DNA of 40,000 nucleotides from Xanthomonas translucens pv. translucens DSM 18974 (GTDB lineage Bacteria; Pseudomonadota; Gammaproteobacteria; Xanthomonadales; Xanthomonadaceae): NCBI RefSeq assembly GCF_900094325.1, contig NZ_LT604072.1; one strand, 5' to 3'. Shown piece by piece: positions 33,099 to 40,000 of this stretch (position 1 is its first letter; each line of letters starts with the position of its first letter). The notes under the pieces were generated by a model. It saw only the letters and a program-made list of their open reading frames with translations, ran no database searches and was not told where the DNA came from. The position numbers and the translations under genes were made by a program.

Positions 33099-33758
33099 AT
33101 GAACCGATCGCCAGAGACGCTGACCTTGCCCAACGGGGGCGGACGCTTGCTGCTGCACTCGTGTTGCGCGCCATGTTCCGGGGAGCTGATGGAGGCGTTC
33201 GTGGCCTCGGGGATCGCCTATACGGTCTTCTTCTACAACCCCAACATCCACCCGCTGAAGGAATACGAACTGCGCAAGCAGGAAAACATCCGCTTCGCCG
33301 AGAAGCACGGTGTGCCCTTCATCGATGGCGACTACGACACCGACAACTGGTTCGCCCGCGCCAAGGGCATGGAGAACGAGCCGGAGCGTGGCATCCGCTG
33401 CACGATGTGCTTCGACATGCGCTTCGAGCGCACGGCCTTGTACGCGCACGAGCACGGTTTTGCGGTGATGACCAGTTCGCTGGGCATCTCGCGCTGGAAG
33501 AACATGCAGCAGATCAACGACTGCGGACACCGGGCCGCAGCGCCTTACCAGGGCCTGGTGTACTGGGACTACAACTGGCGCAAGGGCGGCGGAAGCGCGC
33601 GCATGATCGAGATCAGCAAGCGCGAGAATTTCTATCAGCAGGAATACTGTGGGTGCGTCTATTCGCTGCGCGACAGCAACCGGCACCGCCGCGCGCAGGG
33701 CCGCGAGCGCATCCGCCTGGGCTTGAAGTTCTACGGCGAGCAAGAGCCGGAGACGTGA
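33099..33758 (+). CDS. queH: Epoxyqueuosine reductase QueH (DUF208 family)
   Basis: 219 aa. The signature [13 protein letters not shown] near the N-terminus and the C-terminal [12 protein letters not shown] are characteristic of QueH. Confidence 0.85.
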   Translation: MNRSPETLTLPNGGGRLLLHSCCAPCSGELMEAFVASGIAYTVFFYNPNIHPLKEYELRKQENIRFAEKHGVPFIDGDYDTDNWFARAKGMENEPERGIRCTMCFDMRFERTALYAHEHGFAVMTSSLGISRWKNMQQINDCGHRAAAPYQGLVYWDYNWRKGGGSARMIEISKRENFYQQEYCGCVYSLRDSNRHRRAQGRERIRLGLKFYGEQEPET

Positions 33759-34271
33759 AGCGCCGCGCTGTGCGACGGCGGGTTTTCCGGCAGAGCGCCG
33801 GACATCTTCCTTGATGCAGTGCAACGAACGGCCAGCGCATGACGACCGACGAAACCTGCTTTGCCGCTCGACAAACGATGTCGCGCATGCGCGATCGCAT
33901 CGACGATGCTGCTGCTCTCGAACTGACGCGGGAAGGGATGATCGCCGTCGATGAAGCCCATTTCCCCGAACGGGCAACGGATGCGGCGATAGAGCATCTC
34001 GAGGGGGCGCAGCGCGCCAGCATTGCAGCGCCAGCTGGCTGCACGCCCGGTTTCCCGAGCGCGTGACGCATCGCGCACGGCCGAGCAAGTACCGCTGCAT
34101 TCGCATGTTCGCCGCTGCGACGCATCCCGACGCCGAGGTCCGATTCGCGTACGAAATGTTCAGGGGCGAGGATGCGTGTTGGTCGATCAATGTGCAGGAT
34201 GCGTTTGTGCGATTCTGCTCACGGTGCGGCCAGGCGCTGCCCAACCACGCCTTCGAACCGGAGCCCATTGC

Positions 34272-34667
34272 ATGAGCACCTCCCATCCCGTCCATGCCCT
34301 CGCCGTGATCTACGCCAGCAACATCGAGCGGGTCGCGGAGTTTTACAGGAAGAGGCTCTCGCTCGCGCTTGTGGAACAGCAGGACGCTTTCGTGGTGGTG
34401 GGGAATTCCCACTACGAAATAGCGGTGGTCCGCATGGCGGGCGACAGGGGACAGGCTACCGCACCTGCGCCGCTCCACGTCAGAACCGAGACGCCAATCC
34501 AGTGCGCGTTCCTGGTGGAGAGCCTGGAGCGGGCCCGGTCCGCCGCCGAGTCCTGTGGCGGCGTCTTCAAGCCGCTCGCGTCGGCGTGGCGCTGGCGCGC
34601 GCAACTGCACCTGGATGGCCATGATCCGGAAGGCAATGTCGTACAGGCCCGGGTCATCGCCACCTGA
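34272..34667 (+). CDS. VOC (glyoxalase/bleomycin-resistance/dioxygenase) family protein
   Basis: 131 aa from ATG 34272. The beta-alpha-beta-beta-beta style pattern (HALAVIYASNIERVAEFYRKRLSL...HLDGHDPEGNVV) is typical of small VOC proteins. Confidence 0.6.
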   Translation: MSTSHPVHALAVIYASNIERVAEFYRKRLSLALVEQQDAFVVVGNSHYEIAVVRMAGDRGQATAPAPLHVRTETPIQCAFLVESLERARSAAESCGGVFKPLASAWRWRAQLHLDGHDPEGNVVQARVIAT

Positions 34668-35064
34668 CGCGTTGCAGTGCCGGCGCCGCTTCGCGGCACC
34701 ATTTCACCGTTGGGCAATGCGTTCGGACCAAGCTGCTTGGCGCGGCCGACCTGGCCGCAGGACATCGATCAGGAGCACATGATGGCCGTCCTCCTTAGCA
34801 GCGTTGTCCTGAGGGCCACGACGTAGCGGCAAGCGACGTCGTCTGTCCCACCTGCGGTAAAAAGTTTCGCCGATGCGGGTCGATTGATGCCAAGCGACGG
34901 CCCTTGCCGTCCGGGTGACTGGGCCGGTGGCGCGTGCGCCCCAAGCGTCGTTGGATCGCAGATGGCTGCAAACTTCGCACCGATCGTAAGATCGCTTCGG
35001 CAACGCGCAGCGGTCATGCAGCTCCCGTATCCTTGCCCGCCTCTGCCGTCCACGGATAAACCGA

Positions 35065-35475
35065 ATGTCGTTGCGCACCGTGTCGTTGCTTGCCTGTCTG
35101 TTGTTCGGCGCGGCGCCATTGGCGCATGCGCAGAAGCACTGCCTGCCGTATGGCCCGATCAAGGTTACGCTGTCCGGCAAGCTGGAGCGGCGTGCGGGAG
35201 CAGCGCCGGTCGGCGCTGCCGCGTCGGCCGATGGCGCCAGCGAGGTGCTGATGCTGCCGACGCCGGTGTGCGTGGCGGCGTCGCCCACGGGACAGGCGCC
35301 GCGCCATGAGGATGTGCGCCGCCTGCGCCTGGCGCTGAGCAAGGACCAGGCGGTACACCTGGAAGAGGAAGGCGCCGGGCAGATCGTGCGCGTCACCGGC
35401 ATGCTGTCCGAGGCCGCAGTGGGTGAAGACCCGCCCAATCTGCGGTTGACGGTGATCGGGATCGATAGCGACTGA
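35065..35475 (+). CDS. Small secreted hypothetical protein (DUF4431-like pattern)
   Basis: 136 aa with a clear signal peptide (MSLRTVSLLACLLFGAAPLAHAQ). GPIKVTLSGKL...LMLPTPVCV...VRVTGMLSEAAVGEDPPNLRLTVIGI resembles the DUF4431 layout as I recall it. Confidence 0.5.
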   Translation: MSLRTVSLLACLLFGAAPLAHAQKHCLPYGPIKVTLSGKLERRAGAAPVGAAASADGASEVLMLPTPVCVAASPTGQAPRHEDVRRLRLALSKDQAVHLEEEGAGQIVRVTGMLSEAAVGEDPPNLRLTVIGIDSD

Positions 35476-35687
35476 TACGGCGCTGCACGCGGCAAGGCCG
35501 CAGGCACAGGCCCGCATGCTGGCGAGGAGCGGGCTTGCAGTGCATGCCATCGCGCGCATGCCGACGATGCCACGGAGTTGCAACATGGATGACATATCGT
35601 GCCGCGCTACGCCATATCATGGCGCGCCGTCGCGAGCTGCTGCGCAAGCCGAACGGAATCGTCATCCAGCGCCCCAAAGGAACCGCC

Positions 35688-38084
35688 ATGTTGCTGCATT
35701 CCCCTGTTTGCGCTCGCCGCTCGGCCGCGCGTTCGTCGCGCCTGGCTGGCGCTCCGGTCCGCCACCGCCTGGCTCAGGCCTGTGCCGGCCTGTTGTTGGC
35801 CTCGGTCGCCACCGCGGCCGTCGCGCAGGACGCGTCGCCATCGCTGGTCGGCACCGCGCCGCAGGCCACGCGCAACGCGGCGTCGGCCGCTGCGGCGACT
35901 TCGCTGGACACCGTCACCGTCACCGCCGAGCACCGCGAGCAGAATCTGCAGGAAGTGCCTGTGTCCGTGGGTGTGGTGCAGGGCGATGCGATGCGCAACT
36001 ACACCGCCGGCGGCGACGATACGTTGCTGGCGCTGTCCGGCCGGGTGCCCAGTTTCTACGCCGAGACCACCACCGGGCGCATCTTTCCGCGCTTCTACAT
36101 CCGCGGCCTGGGCAACATCGATTTCTACCTCGGCGCCTCGCAGCCGGTGTCGATCATCCAGGACGACGTGGTGCTGGAGCACGTGGTGCTAAAGTCCAAC
36201 CCGGTTTACGACCTGGATCAGGTGGAAGTGCTGCGCGGCCCGCAGGGGTCGCTGTTCGGCCGCAACACCACCGCCGGCATCGTCAAGTTCGACAGCATCA
36301 AGCCCAGCGCCGACTACAGCGGCCGGCTCAGCGCCAGCTACGGCAGCTATGGCACCACCTCGCTCGACGGCGGCTTCGGCGGCCCGATCAACGATGTGCT
36401 GTCGTTCCGCGTGTCGGCGCTGTACCAGCACCGCGACGACTGGGTGGACAACACCTACAGCGGCCCCAGTGCCGACGGCACGGTCACGCCGAAGAAGGAT
36501 GCGATGGGCGGCTACGACGATCGCAACGCGCGCCTGCAGCTGCTGCTCAAGCCGAGCGAGAATTTCTCGTTGCTGGCCTCGGCGCATACCCGCGACTACG
36601 CCGGCACCTCCACCCTGTTCCTGCGCAATGCGGTCACCAAGGGCTCCAACAAGGTCGATGTGCCGCGCGATCAGGTCGCCTACGACGAGGCGCACGACAA
36701 CCCGCAGGCGTACACGACCCACGGCGGCTCGCTCAAGGCGGTGTACGACTTCGGCGGCGTGTCGCTGACCTCGATCAGCGCCTACGAGACCACCTCCGGC
36801 GACAGCCGCGGCGATACCGACGGCGGCGCGGCGGCGAACTATCCGGTCAACGGCGTGGCCAACGGCTACGGCCAGTCGATGGGCCAGGTGCGCGACCTGG
36901 ACCAGTACACGCAGGAGCTGCGCTTGGCCAGCGAAGGCGACGCGGCGCTGCAGTGGCAGGCCGGCGCGTTCTACTTCGACGGCAAGGACACCACCGATTT
37001 CTACCAGCGCGCCTATTTCCTGCAGACCGCCGCGCGCAACCCGAACAACTGGGTGCGCCTGCGTAACAGCAACACCTCGTGGGCCGGGTTCGGCCAGCTG
37101 ACCTACAAGGCCACCGATGCGCTGACCCTGACCGCGGGCGTGCGCCAGACCCGCGACAGCAAGGAAACCAGGCTGCTCAAGACCGCCGACACTACCGCCG
37201 GCGTGGTCACCTACCGCGGCCGCCGCGACGTGCGCATGGCCGATACGCAGCCGAGCTGGGATTTCAGCGCGATGTACGCGATCGACGACAACGTCAGCGT
37301 GTATGCGAAGGTCGCCCGCGGCTTCCGCGGCCCGACCATCCAGGGCCGCTCGGCGGTGTTCAACTCCGACTTCACCACCGCCGATTCGGAGACCATCCTG
37401 TCGTGGGAAGCGGGCATCAAGAGCAGCCTGTTCGACAACCGCCTGCGCCTGAACGTCACCGGCTTCACCTACACGGTCGACGACATCCAGCTCAACGGCA
37501 ACGACTCCAACGGCAACGGCGTGCTGTTCAATGCGGACAAGGCCAAGGCCTACGGCATGGAAGCCGACCTGGACTGGCGCCCGATCCCGAACCTGTCGCT
37601 GAGCGCCGGCCTGAGCCTGCTGCACAGCGAGATCCAGGACACGCGCGTCTACGCGCAGGTGTGCGCGCTGAACGGCGTGGTGGTGTGCACGGTGAACGAT
37701 CCGACCATCAAGGTCGGCGCCAACACCTTCGCCCAGATCGATGGCAATCCGCTGCCGAACGCGCCCACCTACAACGTCAACCTGGCCGCGCGCTACGACA
37801 TCCCGGTCGCCGACGGCGGCGCGTTCTTCGTCGCCACCGACTGGAACAAGCAGGGCAAGACCAGCTTCGTGCTGTACGACTCGACCGAATTCAATTCCAA
37901 GGGCAGTTTCGAAGGCGGGTTGAAGCTGGGCTACAGCGGCGACTACGGCGCGTGGGAAGTGGCGGCGTTCGCGCGCAATATCACCAACGAGAAGAACCTC
38001 AAGGGCGTGATCGAGAACTACATGGCGGCGGTGTACAACGAACCGCGCATCGTCGGTCTGTCGGTGGACGTGCACTGGCATTGA
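35688..38084 (+). CDS. TonB-dependent receptor
   Basis: ATG at 35688 after AAAGGA, with a long signal region ending AAVAQDA. Plug motifs are present (LDTVTVTAEHREQNLQEVPVSVGVV, VEVLRGPQGSLFGRNTTAGIVKF), followed by extended beta-barrel repeats to the C-terminus. Confidence 0.9.
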   Translation: MLLHSPVCARRSAARSSRLAGAPVRHRLAQACAGLLLASVATAAVAQDASPSLVGTAPQATRNAASAAAATSLDTVTVTAEHREQNLQEVPVSVGVVQGDAMRNYTAGGDDTLLALSGRVPSFYAETTTGRIFPRFYIRGLGNIDFYLGASQPVSIIQDDVVLEHVVLKSNPVYDLDQVEVLRGPQGSLFGRNTTAGIVKFDSIKPSADYSGRLSASYGSYGTTSLDGGFGGPINDVLSFRVSALYQHRDDWVDNTYSGPSADGTVTPKKDAMGGYDDRNARLQLLLKPSENFSLLASAHTRDYAGTSTLFLRNAVTKGSNKVDVPRDQVAYDEAHDNPQAYTTHGGSLKAVYDFGGVSLTSISAYETTSGDSRGDTDGGAAANYPVNGVANGYGQSMGQVRDLDQYTQELRLASEGDAALQWQAGAFYFDGKDTTDFYQRAYFLQTAARNPNNWVRLRNSNTSWAGFGQLTYKATDALTLTAGVRQTRDSKETRLLKTADTTAGVVTYRGRRDVRMADTQPSWDFSAMYAIDDNVSVYAKVARGFRGPTIQGRSAVFNSDFTTADSETILSWEAGIKSSLFDNRLRLNVTGFTYTVDDIQLNGNDSNGNGVLFNADKAKAYGMEADLDWRPIPNLSLSAGLSLLHSEIQDTRVYAQVCALNGVVVCTVNDPTIKVGANTFAQIDGNPLPNAPTYNVNLAARYDIPVADGGAFFVATDWNKQGKTSFVLYDSTEFNSKGSFEGGLKLGYSGDYGAWEVAAFARNITNEKNLKGVIENYMAAVYNEPRIVGLSVDVHWH

Positions 38085-38160
38085 TGCGCGTCCTGTAAAG
38101 CGGTTCCGGCGCAGCCTGCCGGTTGGCGGGCTGCGCCGTCTCGATTGTTTGTGTAGGAGC

Positions 38161-39306
38161 AACTGTCTTCTCATCCGATCACCTCACGCCATGGTGTGCG
38201 ATCTCGTGCCATGGCGTTGAGTCGGATAAGCAGTACGCGCATGCATGCGGTGATGGCGACCTTGGCGGGCTTGCCGCGTGCCCGTAACTGTTGATAACGC
38301 TCCTTGAAGGAGGCTTGGGTGCGCACAACGCTCCAACAGGCCATGTACAGCACTCGTCGGATGGTGGCACGCCCGCCGCGGATGCGGCGTTTGCCGCAGT
38401 GCTGCCCGCTGTCCACGTTGTAGGGAGCCAGGCCGACCAGGGCCGCGATCTGGCGACGATCCAGCGTCCCCAGTTCGGGCAGATAGGCCATCAGGCTGGC
38501 GGTGGTGACCTCGCCGATGCCCGGGACCGTGCCCAGGGCGTGCGCCAGCGCATCGTCGAGCTGGCACCGCAGCTGCTTGATCGCCTGGTTCATCCGCTGG
38601 ATACGGCGGCGCAAGTCGCCGATCTGCTCGATCAGGCATGCGCGCACCATGGCCAGGGTCGCCTGATGCAACCGACGGCGCTCGTCGTCACGTTGCTGGA
38701 CCACTTGCTCGCGGCGCTGGACCAGCATGCGCAGTTGCTCACGCAAGGGATCGGGAACCGGCGCGGGCGCTTGCACCAGTTGAGCCATGCGCGCCAGCAA
38801 GGCCGCATCCAGCGGATCGGTCTTGGCGGTTGTGCCCAAGGCCGTGGCGAAAGCGCGTGCCCGGCGCGGATTGATCCGGGTCACCGGGATCCCTGCCGTG
38901 GCCAGTGCCGTCATCACCGCCCGTTCGTAGCCGCCGGTGGCCTCCAGCAGCGCGTTGCCGACGCATTGCCCGGCAAGGTGGTCGCACAGGCGCTGGTGGC
39001 CCTGGGCGGTATTGGGAAAGGACAGCAACTGGTCCAGGGGAAGCACGTGGACGGCCAAGGTGTCCTTGGCCACATCGATACCGATCCAAAGAGGCATAAG
39101 CGTTAGGTAGACTGAGGGACAGGAGAGAGCCACCTCGTCGCTGCCCACGCTTGTGAAGTTCGAGCGAACGCTCGTTCAACTGTTCGGGCTAGGCAACGAG
39201 GTCGATGTGCGGCCGCCCTGGCTCCTACACGTGCTGGAACACTGCGGCCTGTCGGCGTGCCGCACATCGCTCTCCACTCAAACTTTAGAGCAACCTCCAG
39301 ACACAA
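38161..39306 (-). mobile_element. IS110-family insertion sequence (about 1146 bp) inserted inside a REP unit
   Basis: The left flank ends ...TGTAGGAGC (38152-38160) and the right flank resumes GCGGCTTCAGCCGCGAC (39307-39323), which reconstitutes one REP unit with a GC dinucleotide on both sides. No terminal inverted repeats are evident, as is usual for IS110. Confidence 0.8.
38171..39097 (-). CDS. IS110-family DEDD transposase/recombinase
   Basis: 308 aa from ATG 39097 (MPLWIGIDVAKDTLAVHV...). The N-terminal DEDD/RuvC-like GIDVAK motif and the C-terminal PGIGEVTTASLMAYLPELG...APYNVDSGQHCGKRRIRGGR block are typical of the family. Confidence 0.9.
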   Translation of the reverse strand: MPLWIGIDVAKDTLAVHVLPLDQLLSFPNTAQGHQRLCDHLAGQCVGNALLEATGGYERAVMTALATAGIPVTRINPRRARAFATALGTTAKTDPLDAALLARMAQLVQAPAPVPDPLREQLRMLVQRREQVVQQRDDERRRLHQATLAMVRACLIEQIGDLRRRIQRMNQAIKQLRCQLDDALAHALGTVPGIGEVTTASLMAYLPELGTLDRRQIAALVGLAPYNVDSGQHCGKRRIRGGRATIRRVLYMACWSVVRTQASFKERYQQLRARGKPAKVAITACMRVLLIRLNAMARDRTPWREVIG

Positions 39307-39367
39307 GCGGCTTCAGCCGCGACAGGTGTTATCGATAGATCCTGTCGCGGCTGAAGCCGCTCCTACA
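39307..39367. repeat. REP inverted pair (right part of the IS-split unit plus an intact inverted partner)
   Basis: GCGGCTTCAGCCGCGAC (39307-39323) and GTCGCGGCTGAAGCCGCTCCTACA (39344-39367). Confidence 0.85.
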
Positions 39368-39576
39368 GACGGCTGCTTGGTCGTCCTGGAGAGCGGGAGA
39401 TCCCATGTTGGAGATCCCCCCCATGCCTGGCCAACTGCCATGGCAGTCCTCGATACGCCGCACGAATGTGTGGTTGCCATCTTCACACTCTGTTAAAGTC
39501 CGCGCCCAGCGCTGCCGGGTCCGGCAGCCAGGCACAGCCATCGCCATGCCTCCGTCCGATTTTCTTTCACGGAGCG

Positions 39577-39891
39577 ATGCGCGTGCGCGTCCATGGGTTG
39601 CCCTCGTCTGTTTCCGTCGCAGCGGTTCTAGCCTTGCATGCTCCAGCGCCTGCGCTGGCCGCCGAGGCGGATGTCGCCGATCCCACCACCGTGGACCGCG
39701 TCCTCGTCATCGGCGAGAAGCGCGCACGCACGCTGCAGGACACCACCAGCAGCGTGCTGGACTGGAGCGCGTGGCTGTTCGCCAACAACCTGCTCGACAG
39801 GCAGTACACCCAGTACCGCTGGTCGGATCAGCCGGTCGCCCTCCTCGGCGCGCCGCGCGTGGCCGGCATCGGTTTCGAAGCGCGCTGGTAA
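39577..39891 (+). pseudogene. TonB-dependent receptor remnant with a large internal deletion (signal peptide/plug start fused to the last beta-strands)
   Basis: 104 aa. It has a signal-like N-terminus, a plug-start motif TVDRVLVIGEKRARTLQDTTSSV, then directly the C-terminal barrel end LFANNLLDRQYTQYRW...PRVAGIGFEARW. Confidence 0.6.
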
Positions 39892-39897
39892 TCCACC

Positions 39898-40000
39898 ATG
39901 GCCATGCACGCGCTGACCACTGCCCTGTACCTGCTCGCCGCGTCGCTGGCGGCGCTGGCCTTCTACCTGGCCACCGCGCACCAGCGCCTGCGCCCGGGCT
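39898..40000 (+). CDS. Start of a small membrane protein (possibly DUF3325-like), truncated by the window end
   Basis: ATG 7 nt after the TBDR-remnant stop. MAMHALTTALYLLAASLAALAFYLATAHQRLRPG is hydrophobic and resembles proteins that follow siderophore-type TBDR genes. Only 34 codons are visible. Confidence 0.3.
   Translation, partial: MAMHALTTALYLLAASLAALAFYLATAHQRLRPG

Noticed and set aside
33839-34275. Two short overlapping ORFs (75 aa and 70 aa, the latter with FCSRCGQAL and an ATGA overlap with the VOC gene)
   Set aside because: This could be a frameshifted gene or a small zinc-ribbon protein. However, there is only one CxxC pair, the first ORF has no recognisable motif, and a protein-like antisense frame also exists. 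Left uncalled.
34690-35060. Several ORFs on both strands between the VOC gene and the small secreted protein gene (e.g. 34704..35573, 34769..35119)
   Set aside because: They are Arg/Ala/Pro-rich artefact-type translations overlapping a better-supported + strand gene, with no motifs.

Overview
High-GC, REP-rich chromosomal window that looks Xanthomonadaceae-like. This is inferred from composition, the recurring TGTAGGAGCGGCTTCAGCCGCGAC REP unit and the density of TonB-dependent receptors.

Backbone genes: 5'-truncated ligD; lldR-lldD with two PdhR/LldR-type operators; an ICMT-family methyltransferase; fabV; a kdgK / TonB-dependent receptor / 1289-aa LamG-domain secreted protein cluster (CUT-type carbohydrate locus); queH; a VOC-family gene; a small secreted protein; a second TonB-dependent receptor; an IS110-family element inserted exactly inside a REP unit; and an internally deleted TBDR remnant.

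Between the LamG gene stop (17081) and queH (33099) lies a ~16-kb mosaic accessory island, much of it visibly AT-richer than the backbone. It contains:
(a) a phage-lambda RexA/RexB-like two-gene module and an AbiTii-like gene, forming a small defence cluster;
(b) an array of cassettes separated by a window-specific family of ~55-bp palindromic elements. The cassettes hold a YHYH/Excalibur secreted protein, a SymE-family toxin-like gene, an alpha-lytic-protease-like S1 peptidase, decayed copies of the symE-protease unit, a captured fragment of the neighbouring LamG gene, and an uncharacterised two-gene cassette (96-aa acidic protein plus 176-aa membrane-anchored helical protein);
(c) a penicillin/AHL-acylase family gene;
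(d) two convergent large effector-like genes bracketed by inverted IS5-family remnants. One is preceded by a 13-nt poly-C tract and the other carries a kinase-like motif arrangement.

The most novel-looking signals are the palindrome-delimited cassette array and the unassigned two-gene cassette it carries. All family assignments come from motif recognition by eye and memory; no database search was possible.
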